NCBI GenBank assembly: GCA_038323465.1
Contig: JBBQGX010000002.1
Coordinates: forward strand, 132-64,131
DNA: 64,000 nt
Reading direction: 5' to 3'
From: Minisyncoccia bacterium
Lineage (GTDB): Bacteria; Patescibacteriota; Minisyncoccia; Phycocordibacterales; UBA9973
Position 1 is the first letter of the stretch. Every line of letters starts with the position of its first letter. The translations under genes and the position numbers were made by a program. This document shows positions 17,701-26,757 of the stretch, in pieces. The notes below the pieces were generated by a model. That model was not told where the DNA came from and did no database searches. It saw only the letters and a list, made by a program, of their open reading frames with translations.

Positions 17701-20700
17701 GGGAATACAAATACTGCTCCTATAAGTTCATTTAGGGTTGATACCACTCCACCAACTACTGATATAACTTATAGCTCAAATCCTGCGGACGTAGGAATAA
17801 ATACAATAACAGCAAATTATTCTGAACCTATATCCTCAACTCCAACTATTAGTATAAATCAACCCGGCTCAATTGACATAATAAATGCTTCAATGGTTAC
17901 ACCTGTAAGTGTATGGACACCTGTATCTGTTCCTCTAAGTAGTTGGTATTCGATTACTTATGGTAATGGTTTGTTTGTGGCTGTTGGTGGTGGAATTAAT
18001 TCAGTTATGACATCTTCTGATGGCATTAATTGGATTATTAGGGAAGGGATAATAGGAAAAAACTGGTCTTCTGTAACTTATGGTAATGGACTATTTGTGG
18101 CAGTTGGATTTTCTGGAGTCATGACCTCACCCGATGGAATCACTTGGATATCAAGATTTGGTGTGACATTATCTTCTGTTGCTTTTGGTAATGGTTTGTT
18201 TGTAAGTATAAATACTAGTAATGGTAATATTGCGACTTCCTCTGATGGAATAACTTGGACATATAGAATAATAGAAAGTTCTAGTCAATGGAATTCAATT
18301 GCTTACAATAATGGACTTTTTGCTGTTGTTAATAATAATGGAGGAGTTGGAGGAGTTAGGACTTCTCCTGATGGTATAAATTGGACACTAAGAGATTCAC
18401 CTAGTGGTAATTGGCGGGCCATAAATTCTGGTAATGGTATTTTTGTAGCAGTTGGTCAAGGGGTAGTTATGACTTCACTTGATGGAATAACTTGGATATC
18501 AAGAGCTGGTGTTTCTTTTGGTACTTGGCAATCTATTACCTATGGTAACGGTCTTTTTGTAGTTGTTGGTGATGGTGGCACAAATAGAGTTATAACATCA
18601 ACTGATGCAATTACTTGGACAAAACGAACAGCGTCAGAAGCAAATCAATGGGTTTCTGTAACCTATGGTAATGGCCAATTTATTGCAGTTTCTTCAAGTG
18701 GCACAAATCGAGTCATGACATCACATTCTGGATATATATATAATTATAATGTTAATAAAGCAGACGGTAGTACATATGTAGATGGAAATGCAACTGTCAG
18801 TCTATCTGCGACGGTAGATCTAGCTGGGAATCCAACCGAAGCTCCAACTGGTACAACATTTGCAATTAATACTTCCAACCCAACTGTGGCACTTTCATAC
18901 AGTTCAAGTCTTGCAAAAGCTGGCACAAATATTATTACCGCTACATATGATAAAGCTGTGACTTCAGCTCCAGCCATAAGTATTGATCAGCCTGGTATTA
19001 CAGACATCACAAGTGTCCCAATGACAGGAAGCGGTAAAGTTTGGACATATAGTTATAATGTGAATTCTGCCAATGGAAGTAATTACATAGATGGAGTTGC
19101 AACAGTCGGTCTCTCGACTGTAACTGATGCGGGTGGAAATACCGCACTTTCTCCAACCAATGAAATCTTTACAATTGATACAACAAGTCCAAATGCATCT
19201 ATCACATACTTGCCAAATCGACCAGTCAAAAGTGGGGAAGCTCTAACTATCACCGCAGAACTTAGTGAACCACTTGCCGATACACCTATACTTAAAATCG
19301 GAATCACTGGAGTTAACACACTAGTTGCGACTGACATGACAAAAATAGATTCGACTCACTATTCATATATTTATACAGTTGGGATAGGGGATGGAGATGC
19401 AACCATCTCTCTATCTATGGCTACAGATGTTGTTACTAACATTGTCACATCTATACCTATCTCAGGGGCAACATTTAAAATAGACAATATATTACCTACC
19501 GGAACTATCGAAGCCGTATGTACCACTATTGGGAATGGATGTATTGAGACAGGGAGAATAGCAACTCCACAAGAATCATATCAAGTCGGAATTATTAAAG
19601 GTACAGCATCAGATGAAGTCGGGGGTACGGAGGTCAGTACAGTTGCGATTTCTATCCAAGATACAACTACAAATAAGTGGTATAGTGGAACTTCATTTAC
19701 GGATGCCAGTGATACATATTTAAATACTACTGGTACAATCACATGGAGTTATAATTTTTCTTCAGTACCTCTAATTATCGATCATATTTATTTAATTAAT
19801 ATTAAAATTACAGACGGAGCAACCAATACAAAAATTATTCCTCTCTCGTTTAAATTCACCAACTCTCCACCAGTAGTTTCAAATGTCACAGCCAGTCAAG
19901 CACTCGGAGGTGGAATCGTATCTGTAACATATGATGTGACAGATATAGAATCCTCCCAAACGACGAACTCACTGTTCTATAGTGTTGGAACTACTCTCAC
20001 AGGAGTTATCACCGATTCAGCCTCATCCCTTATCGTTTCTGACGGAACTAATTTCCCAACTACTGGAACTATTTTAATCGGGGATGAAATGATTGGGTAC
20101 ACTAAATCAGGTAATAATTTTACGATAACTAGAGGTGTACTTTCAACCACGGCATTTTCTCATACAACAGGAAGTCCAATATATATTAAAGCTGTCACAA
20201 CTGTAGGTACTGGAATCGGATTATCTAATAAAGGAACTGGGAAGACAATATCATGGAACGCTCAAACTGAAGCTATTGATTATGAGAGTTTAACAGGAGT
20301 GATTAAAGTAGTTGCCAATGATGGCGCGGCTGGTTCGATGATCGGATCATTAGATTCAACACCATTTATTATAGATGCAGCTGCTCCTATTCCCTCTGCT
20401 CCTCTTACTTTCGATGCTGGTACAGCAGGGATTGCAGGAAGTGCCACTATTACTATCCCAATGCCGACCGACATCTCAGCAATTGAATACAAAATAAGTG
20501 ATGACGCCAATATTGAAACAAATGTAAATACGACTGGTTGGGTTACGATAACTGGAAGTACAACAATTCCATGGACTTTTGATTCCGATATTGAATTGAA
20601 GAATTTGAAATTACAATTTAGAGATGCTTATGGAAATACAACAGTCGAAGAAACAATTTCGACTCAAACGCCAATCCCATCTTCTTCTTTCTTGGTACAA

Positions 20701-23700
20701 GATACTTCAAATATTTCAGCAACAGTTCCATATTATGATATGTATATCGGATGGCAGGCAGCATCTATTAATGGTTTCTCATCATACAAATTAGAATACG
20801 CCACATCAAATGACAATATAAATTATGGAAGCTATACATCTATTTCAGACTCTGGACTTTCAACTTATTCTACTAACTACTATATTCATCGAAACCTAAC
20901 GCCTAATACTTTCTACCGTTATCGTCTAGGAGTTATTGGAACAAACGGGAATACAACAGTCAGATCGAATTCGTATATCACAACCAAGACTGATGGAGTT
21001 CAAAACTATGATGAAGGGGGAGGTGGCTCTGTGGCTACAGCTCCAAAAGTTGAGAATGTCGTCGCTACCCAAGGGGATGACAAACAAGTCTCTATCTCAT
21101 ACAAACTAACCGATATTTCTTTTACAAAAAAAGTTAATCCCTCATATGAATCATATTTGTTTTACAATATTGGTATCACACTCCCAACTAATCTATTAAC
21201 AGTGAATACTTTAGCAGTTTCAGATGCTTCTAAATTAAAATTATCAGGATATATTCTCGTTAACAATGAAGTCATTAAATATACTGGAATAACTGGCAAC
21301 AACCTAACGGGTCTTGTTCGGGGAACTTGGCCAGGTACCAGTGGACGTAGTACTAGAACCAACAATTCATTTTTCTCAGGGACCCCTGTTTGGATCCTCG
21401 CCTCTGGTACAACAAATATTTTAAATACCGAAACTGCTATCTCTGTTGGACAAATAGGAACAACAATTTGGAATACATACGAAGAACCAATCCTCGCTGG
21501 ATCAAGTTATCCAAATGTTGGAATTAAAATATTGGTTCATGACAATCAAGATGCACTTTCAGGACCACTTTCAAATCAAAATGATTTCTCAGAAAATGGG
21601 ATTATAAGTACTCTTGATCTAACTGCGCCAACTATTTCATTTAGTGTAATAGAGGCAACAGGAGCAGAAAGTGTCACACCCGTCTTACTGACTATCAATC
21701 TAGCTAGAGCCTACCCACAAGATACTACAGTCTCATATTCATTAACTGGTACTGCTACAAGTGCAGACTATACTTTGGCTAACGGCACGATTACCTTTAC
21801 AACAGGGGAAACAACGAAAGAAATATCAATTCCAATTATCAATGATTCTTTGAAAGAATTGGATGAGACTATCATTGTGACTCTATCAAGTCCTATCAAC
21901 GGAGTACTCGGCGCGGGTACTACATATACATATACTATTACCGACGATGATCAATTAGGTAATATTCAATTTACTAATACTTCATCAGAAAAAGGGGAAG
22001 CTAGTGTCACTCCTTTTGATATTGAAATATCACTTTCAGAAATTTCAGGAACAGATACAACTGTTTCGTATACTATAAGTGGGACTGCAACTAATGAAGA
22101 AGATTATACTTTAGTAGATGGAGTTGTTACCATTTTAGCTGGGGAGACAACAACTACTCTTACGATTCCTGTGATTAACGATACCTTAAAAGAAGAAGCG
22201 GAAACTGTGATTTTGACTCTCTCAAATCCAACCAATGCAACTCTCGGAGTAAATACAATTTATACTTATACTATTTTAGATGACGATAATTTAGCATTAA
22301 TCGGATTTGGGACAGCGACAAGTGAAGGCTTGGAATCTCTAACGCCCGTTAATATTCCAATTTCAATCTCCTCTATTTATCCAGAGGATATTAGTGTCTC
22401 ATATACAGTCGGAGGTGGAACTGCGACAGATGGTGGGATTGATTACACTTTATCAAACGGCATAGCGACAATTGTAAAAGGACAAACGATGACAACAATT
22501 CCGATCATTATTAACAATGATAAATTATCAGAAGAAAGTGAGACAATTATTATTACTTTAACTGACCTTATAAATGCTACTTTCGGAGATAATACAACAT
22601 TTACTTATACAATTTTAGATGATGAAATTGCCGTCAGTGAATTAGCTGGGACTAATGTTAAATCAACTTCAGCTCTGATCACTTGGAATACAGGAGACTT
22701 CGCGGGCTCAGTTGTTGAGTATGGAATAATTGCTCCTGAGATAGAAGGAGCATATAATTTGAAAAAAGAAAAAACAGAAAAAGTTCTCGGCCACCGTGTT
22801 TATCTCAGTGGATTAACACCATTAACAAAATATTACTTCAAATCTTCCTCAACTAATTTAGCTGGAGAAACAACTACATCTATATCTGATTTTACAACAA
22901 CTTCTGGCCCGGTTATCTCATCTGTTGCTCAAGGAATAATTACTGATACTGGAGTTACTGTTACTTGGGTAACAGACACGCCTTCTAATTCATATATTTC
23001 ATTTGGAATAGATGAAAATTTAATTGTTCCTAACAGAGCTGGTAATACAGAACTTGTAGTAGATCATACTGTAATTCTCTCTAATTTAGATTCAGAAAAA
23101 ACATACTACTATCTAATTCAATCAACAGATGAAGCCGGAGGAATCAGTGAAGATGCTAACGGAGGAACATTTTACAACTTTACAACAATCTCAGATGCAA
23201 CCGCTCCAATAGTTACAGATATCGCTACTCCAATCATCACTTCTGATTCTGTCGCTATTGTTTGGAAAACAAACGAACAATCAAATAGTCAGGTTCTCTA
23301 CAGTACAACGACAGGAGGGTACAATGAGAGTTCAACTCTAGGAGCAAATCAAGTACTCAATCACTTAGTCACAGTTGTTGGACTAACTCCAGAAACTACT
23401 TATTACTATGTCATTAAATCAGCTGACCAAAAGAGCAACTTAACTACAACAGAAGAGCAAACATTTAAAACAACTAAAGTCAAAGAAACAGTGATCTATT
23501 CAGGTGGGGGATCAGTGGGAGTTCTCCAATCAATATATGATTCTCTTTTAAAAGAGAATGAAGAAAATAAAATAAAATTAAAACTTCAAGATACAAATGC
23601 CCCAATTATTTCGAATGTAACAATATCAAATATTACTCCATTTAGTGTGACAGTTATGTTTGAGACGAACAAGGAGACGATAGCTTTTGTAAAATATGGA

Positions 23701-24921
23701 AAAGAAATATCATATGGAGATATTGCGGGAGATGATAATTTAAAAATTTCGCACTCAATAATACTTCGAGGTTTGACTATGGGTACGGAATACCATATCA
23801 AGGTTTCAGTTATGGATAAATTTGGAAACATTGGAACAGGAGAAGATCAAACCTTCAAAACCAAATACTTAACCGAAAAACTTGATGAACTTAAAAAGAT
23901 AGATAACATCGAACAATTCCAGAAAGAAATTGAAGCGACGATTGAATCAATCTTACCATCCCTTGTTCCTCCGTTTGTTGGTAAGCCAGAGGTTACAGAG
24001 ATCACAGAAAACAGTGCAAAAGTGAGCTTTAAAACAAACATTAAAGCCTTTCCAGTTGTAAACTATACTACTGAGATAGAGTACGATATCACTAAAGAAA
24101 ATCCATATAGTGGGGAAATCTCAGATACTACTACTAAAAATGTAAACCATACTTTACAAATCCTTGGTTTAAAACCTAATACAAAATATCACATCATGGC
24201 TAAAGCCTTCTCCCTCCCTCAGGTGATAGGTAAGTCAGATGATATAACTTTCATCACAGCAGCTTCCAAGATTCGTGGTTCTATTGTGGAAAAGAAAAAT
24301 GATTCATTTACCGTTGTTTGGAATACTGATACCCCAACTTCTTCAATCGTAGAATACAAAAATATTAAAACTGGAAAAACCTCTCGTTTGACAGATGATG
24401 CCAAGAATTATTCTCACTCAGTAAAAGTAGAGAATCTTACTCCTGGAACATCTTATGCTGTCCGAATTTCAGGTCTTAATATCGCTGGGAACATAGTAGA
24501 AGCAGGGGAATCAATCATGGTTAATACTGGCACTGATACTATTGCACCATCTATTGTGAGCTTCAAAGTAGATAGTGCTCTTGTCCTTGGACGAACAGAT
24601 CGTACTCAAACGATTGTCTCTTGGAAGACTGATGAACCATCCACATCTATAGTATATTTTGAAGAAGGCTCTGGTTCACCAGATAAAGCTCTTGTGAATA
24701 AGCAAGAAGACAATGAATTGACTATGAATCACGTCATGATGCTTACAACTCTTAAACCAGGAACGGTTTATCGTCTACAGGTTGTCTCTGTTGATGATGC
24801 TAATAATCAAACAAAATTACCAGTTAGAACAATTATTACCCCAAAGAGAACTGAGTCGATTGTGGATGTGATCTTCAAGAACTTTGATGAGACATTTAAT
24901 TTCATTAAAAATGTGAGGTAA
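14764..24921 (+). CDS. Giant (3385 aa) secreted/surface protein: Ig-like modules, three Asp-box beta-propeller arrays, four Calx-beta domains, about seven FN3-like domains
   Basis: A single uninterrupted ORF. The track start is TTG at 14764. The ATG at 14968 would give an N-terminal hydrophobic anchor/signal (TSAFFLFILVSFYFGLNKVEA). Repeats are listed as separate features. Confidence 0.9.
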   Translation: MRKTLFCKNKLESLKEKIPPKVEGGIFSFPSKDWIDNFLRFEKLSETDRDGKNEIIQTKILTTDQNKKMIKENKNKNIEGKIFLKNQISQIYKNSGILKTSAFFLFILVSFYFGLNKVEAVDTTSPDVNITYSENPVGATNEIITATYSEPITSAPTISINQPGTADVTNAPMIAPGSVWTPRLAAEANYWSSVTYGNGLFVAVASNGTNRVMTSPDGITWTARMAAEANSWNSITYGNGLFVAVASNGTNRVMTSPDGITWTARTAAEVNGWYSVTYGNGLFVSVSYNGTNRVMTSADGITWTARMAAEANQWMSVAYGNGLFVAVGSGGTNRVMTSPDGITWTARQTPEVNGWYFVTYGNGLFVSVSYGAASKIMTSPDGITWTVMSITSYYLTNITYAQGVFIALGQFGTLITSTDGITWNTRVCEYGSWNSVVYGNGSFVAVSSDVINRVMTSPVSYSYNYNVIIANGTNYLDGITTVSLSTTADAAGNISNPPTNNTFTIDTTGPTVALSYSANSVKAGNQVITATYSSPILGTPLISINQPGSIDISNASMSGSGVVWTYNYIVNTTNGNTYIDGISNVSLSIVTDATFHSSSLPTNNSFIIDTIAPIPTITQTSNPAKVGTNTITAKYLEALTNTPTINIDQPGTTDISNVTMNKTNMTGGWSIGSGGLQSSTWKSLIYGNGIYVAVSSDGTNRVATSTDPTLNIWSLQNVAESNNWQSVTYGNDQFVAVASSGTNRVMTSPDGITWATRTAVEANQWRSITYGNGIFVVVADSGTNRVMTSPDGITWTARSASSISSWYSVAYGNGQFVAVAYNGTDRVMTSPDGITWTSRTASATNSWQSVTYGNGQFVAVASSGSNLAMTSPDGIIWTGRSLGSSGWQAVTYGDGFFVAVGSNYKAISQDGISWQSSVSGYLFNSIIYNNGFFFAVGYGVHTFSPTSIYSYTYTVNQADGSTYVDGNANISLSTSTDLTGNTNTAPISSFRVDTTPPTTDITYSSNPADVGINTITANYSEPISSTPTISINQPGSIDIINASMVTPVSVWTPVSVPLSSWYSITYGNGLFVAVGGGINSVMTSSDGINWIIREGIIGKNWSSVTYGNGLFVAVGFSGVMTSPDGITWISRFGVTLSSVAFGNGLFVSINTSNGNIATSSDGITWTYRIIESSSQWNSIAYNNGLFAVVNNNGGVGGVRTSPDGINWTLRDSPSGNWRAINSGNGIFVAVGQGVVMTSLDGITWISRAGVSFGTWQSITYGNGLFVVVGDGGTNRVITSTDAITWTKRTASEANQWVSVTYGNGQFIAVSSSGTNRVMTSHSGYIYNYNVNKADGSTYVDGNATVSLSATVDLAGNPTEAPTGTTFAINTSNPTVALSYSSSLAKAGTNIITATYDKAVTSAPAISIDQPGITDITSVPMTGSGKVWTYSYNVNSANGSNYIDGVATVGLSTVTDAGGNTALSPTNEIFTIDTTSPNASITYLPNRPVKSGEALTITAELSEPLADTPILKIGITGVNTLVATDMTKIDSTHYSYIYTVGIGDGDATISLSMATDVVTNIVTSIPISGATFKIDNILPTGTIEAVCTTIGNGCIETGRIATPQESYQVGIIKGTASDEVGGTEVSTVAISIQDTTTNKWYSGTSFTDASDTYLNTTGTITWSYNFSSVPLIIDHIYLINIKITDGATNTKIIPLSFKFTNSPPVVSNVTASQALGGGIVSVTYDVTDIESSQTTNSLFYSVGTTLTGVITDSASSLIVSDGTNFPTTGTILIGDEMIGYTKSGNNFTITRGVLSTTAFSHTTGSPIYIKAVTTVGTGIGLSNKGTGKTISWNAQTEAIDYESLTGVIKVVANDGAAGSMIGSLDSTPFIIDAAAPIPSAPLTFDAGTAGIAGSATITIPMPTDISAIEYKISDDANIETNVNTTGWVTITGSTTIPWTFDSDIELKNLKLQFRDAYGNTTVEETISTQTPIPSSSFLVQDTSNISATVPYYDMYIGWQAASINGFSSYKLEYATSNDNINYGSYTSISDSGLSTYSTNYYIHRNLTPNTFYRYRLGVIGTNGNTTVRSNSYITTKTDGVQNYDEGGGGSVATAPKVENVVATQGDDKQVSISYKLTDISFTKKVNPSYESYLFYNIGITLPTNLLTVNTLAVSDASKLKLSGYILVNNEVIKYTGITGNNLTGLVRGTWPGTSGRSTRTNNSFFSGTPVWILASGTTNILNTETAISVGQIGTTIWNTYEEPILAGSSYPNVGIKILVHDNQDALSGPLSNQNDFSENGIISTLDLTAPTISFSVIEATGAESVTPVLLTINLARAYPQDTTVSYSLTGTATSADYTLANGTITFTTGETTKEISIPIINDSLKELDETIIVTLSSPINGVLGAGTTYTYTITDDDQLGNIQFTNTSSEKGEASVTPFDIEISLSEISGTDTTVSYTISGTATNEEDYTLVDGVVTILAGETTTTLTIPVINDTLKEEAETVILTLSNPTNATLGVNTIYTYTILDDDNLALIGFGTATSEGLESLTPVNIPISISSIYPEDISVSYTVGGGTATDGGIDYTLSNGIATIVKGQTMTTIPIIINNDKLSEESETIIITLTDLINATFGDNTTFTYTILDDEIAVSELAGTNVKSTSALITWNTGDFAGSVVEYGIIAPEIEGAYNLKKEKTEKVLGHRVYLSGLTPLTKYYFKSSSTNLAGETTTSISDFTTTSGPVISSVAQGIITDTGVTVTWVTDTPSNSYISFGIDENLIVPNRAGNTELVVDHTVILSNLDSEKTYYYLIQSTDEAGGISEDANGGTFYNFTTISDATAPIVTDIATPIITSDSVAIVWKTNEQSNSQVLYSTTTGGYNESSTLGANQVLNHLVTVVGLTPETTYYYVIKSADQKSNLTTTEEQTFKTTKVKETVIYSGGGSVGVLQSIYDSLLKENEENKIKLKLQDTNAPIISNVTISNITPFSVTVMFETNKETIAFVKYGKEISYGDIAGDDNLKISHSIILRGLTMGTEYHIKVSVMDKFGNIGTGEDQTFKTKYLTEKLDELKKIDNIEQFQKEIEATIESILPSLVPPFVGKPEVTEITENSAKVSFKTNIKAFPVVNYTTEIEYDITKENPYSGEISDTTTKNVNHTLQILGLKPNTKYHIMAKAFSLPQVIGKSDDITFITAASKIRGSIVEKKNDSFTVVWNTDTPTSSIVEYKNIKTGKTSRLTDDAKNYSHSVKVENLTPGTSYAVRISGLNIAGNIVEAGESIMVNTGTDTIAPSIVSFKVDSALVLGRTDRTQTIVSWKTDEPSTSIVYFEEGSGSPDKALVNKQEDNELTMNHVMMLTTLKPGTVYRLQVVSVDDANNQTKLPVRTIITPKRTESIVDVIFKNFDETFNFIKNVR
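15296..16140 (+). repeat. Asp-box (BNR) propeller blade array 1, ~132-nt period
   Basis: Blades W-x-S-V-T-Y-G-N-G-L-F-V-A-V...N-R-V-M-T-S-P-D-G-I-T-W-T contain S-x-D-x-G-x-T-W. Adjacent blades (for example 15350-15440 versus 15480-15570) are nearly identical at the nucleotide level. Confidence 0.8.
16762..17600 (+). repeat. Asp-box propeller blade array 2
   Basis: Same blade consensus (YGNGQFVAVASSGTNRVMTSPDGITWT) repeated about 6-7 times. Confidence 0.8.
17905..18730 (+). repeat. Asp-box propeller blade array 3
   Basis: Same blade consensus with more divergent blades (TSSDGINW, TSPDGITW, TSLDGITW, TSTDAITW). Confidence 0.75.
21631..22630 (+). repeat. Four tandem Calx-beta domains
   Basis: Four units of roughly 80-95 aa of the type V-S-Y-x-x-x-G-T-A-T-x-x-x-D-Y-T-L-x-x-G-x-x-T-F...I-x-I-I-N-D-x-L-K-E-x-x-E-T-I-I-x-T-L-S-x-P. 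Confidence 0.75.
22631..24840 (+). repeat. About seven FN3 / purple-acid-phosphatase-N-like domains
   Basis: Recurrent pattern S-A-x-I-x-W-x-T-x-x-P-x-x-S-x-V-x-Y-G...H-x-V-x-L-x-G-L-x-P-x-T-x-Y-Y-Y. Confidence 0.65.
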
Positions 24922-24980
24922 CAGTTAATAGATATGTCAATGCTTTTATTGTGTTATATGTGCTATAAATAAAATATCAT

Positions 24981-25424
24981 ATGGAAACAAAAAAAAATAA
25001 AATAAAAATTCTGTTGGTTGATGATGATGAAATGATGCGTATCTATTTTCGGGATATATTTTGGATACATGGACGTTCTGATACTTATGACATAACAATG
25101 GCAAGTTCTATTGCTGAAGCCGAAGTGATAATCTCAGATAAAAACACAAAACCAGACACGATCTTTCTCGATGTTATGATGCCAATAAAAGGTGAAAAGA
25201 ATAATCCTGAGGATCAAATAAATAGATGCCTTTCTTTTATCGGAAAAGTTAAAGGTGATAAAAATTTATCTTCGACTAAAATTATTATTTATTCGAGTCA
25301 AAAAGAAAAGTCGATTCAAGAAGAAGTTAAAAAATTGGGAGTAGACGGGTATTTAATAAAAGGGGAACTTATGCCTAAAGAGATAATCACGTTCACGGAT
25401 AAAATACATGAGTCAAATAATTAA
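24981..25424 (+). CDS. Stand-alone response-regulator receiver domain protein
   Basis: KILLVDDDEMMRIY...IFLDVMMP...KIIIYSS...GVDGYLIKG is a CheY-like REC domain. No output domain. Confidence 0.85.
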   Translation: METKKNKIKILLVDDDEMMRIYFRDIFWIHGRSDTYDITMASSIAEAEVIISDKNTKPDTIFLDVMMPIKGEKNNPEDQINRCLSFIGKVKGDKNLSSTKIIIYSSQKEKSIQEEVKKLGVDGYLIKGELMPKEIITFTDKIHESNN

Positions 25425-26751
25425 AATTAAAAACCTTAATTTATGGTATGAAAAAGGAAAACCAATAGAAGTCCATGCACTAAAGAATATTAATCTTGAA
25501 ATAGACAAGGGTGACTATGTAGCATTTTTCGGACCATCCGGTTGTGGTAAAACCACGATGCTTTATTCTATTTCCGGTATCGATCGTTTTCAAGAAGGAG
25601 AAGTTTTGATAAACGATCGAGATATTTCAGGTTTGACCAATCAAGAACTTGCTATTTTCAGACAGACAGGGATTGGAATCGTTTTCCAACAATTCAATTT
25701 GGTGCCATCACTCAATGTTTTAAAAAATGTGGCTCTGCCGATGCTTTTTGTCGGGATCACATCTGAGAAAGCTGAGATAGAAGCCTATAAACTTTTAGAA
25801 AGGCTAGGAATTACAGAGTATGCGAATAGGTACCCATATGAGCTCTCAGGTGGGCAACAACAGAGAGTCGGTATTGCTCGAGCTTTAGCAAATGATCCGC
25901 CAATAATTATTGCCGATGAACCACTAGGAAATTTGGACTCAGTAAATGCAAAAAGAGTCCTTGAATTTTTAAAAGAACTCAATGAAAAAGATGGCCGAAC
26001 TATAATCATGGTTACTCATGAAGCTTGGAGTTTGCGTGACGTTAAAACTATTTTTCACATGAAAGATGGCGAGATTAACGATGTTGAAGAAATCAAAAGT
26101 GATACCGTCGCTTTGTCATTGTCTAAACATGTTTCAGAGCAACTTTCTTCTGTTGGAGGAGAAGTCGAGAAAAAAGAAGAAAAAATTTCTGCTCGAGTTC
26201 TAGCCAACTTTTTACTTCGTGGGTATTCGATGGATGAGATTAGAGTTTTTGAATCTTTTGTAAATGATCGATTTGAAAATAAAATAGATAAAAAAGAGTT
26301 TTGTAAATTAATCAATAAACCATTTAAAGAGGGTGGTGTAGGTCTTTGGAAAAAGAAAGCCGACAGGGTTACTGAATATTTAGAAGGTATTATTGATAGA
26401 AGAAAAGATATTGAACATATATATAATATTATAGAGAAAAACCCAGAATTATCTATTAATGATGAGATTGGAAATATTCGTCAGTGGATACTAGAGGGAT
26501 ATACGGGGAACTTGTCAGCACTCCAGAGTATGGCGCTTGACCAAGTTATTTCTGATCGGATTAAGGGTTATATACCTCCCGATAAAGTTGTCGAAATACT
26601 TGATCTCTCAAACAATAAATTTGGGGTTGGTTTATCATTCCGGGCAGCTCAATTGATAGCTGAAAAATTGGAATTAATTTTAAATGAAGACAGTAAAGAT
26701 ATCGACAATTCCACAGATATTAATGAGAGTATTTTAGAAGAAAAACAATAA
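25408..26751 (+). CDS. ABC transporter ATP-binding protein (MacB/LolD-like) with ~220-aa C-terminal extension
   Basis: Walker A FGPSGCGKTT, Q-loop, signature LSGGQQQRVGIARAL, Walker B IIIADEP, H-loop TH. Residues ~225-447 have no recognisable motif. Overlaps the REC gene by 17 nt. Confidence 0.85.
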   Translation: MSQIIKIKNLNLWYEKGKPIEVHALKNINLEIDKGDYVAFFGPSGCGKTTMLYSISGIDRFQEGEVLINDRDISGLTNQELAIFRQTGIGIVFQQFNLVPSLNVLKNVALPMLFVGITSEKAEIEAYKLLERLGITEYANRYPYELSGGQQQRVGIARALANDPPIIIADEPLGNLDSVNAKRVLEFLKELNEKDGRTIIMVTHEAWSLRDVKTIFHMKDGEINDVEEIKSDTVALSLSKHVSEQLSSVGGEVEKKEEKISARVLANFLLRGYSMDEIRVFESFVNDRFENKIDKKEFCKLINKPFKEGGVGLWKKKADRVTEYLEGIIDRRKDIEHIYNIIEKNPELSINDEIGNIRQWILEGYTGNLSALQSMALDQVISDRIKGYIPPDKVVEILDLSNNKFGVGLSFRAAQLIAEKLELILNEDSKDIDNSTDINESILEEKQ

Positions 26752-26757
26752 TATATT

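Noticed and set aside
18744-24404. Seven minus-strand ORFs (61-84 aa) inside the giant gene (18744-18977, 19083-19337, 20280-20510, 21162-21365, 23586-23831, 23847-24041, 24219-24404)
   Set aside because: All lie antisense within one uninterrupted 10-kb ORF with clear domain content. They have no start context or motifs and are typical shadow ORFs.
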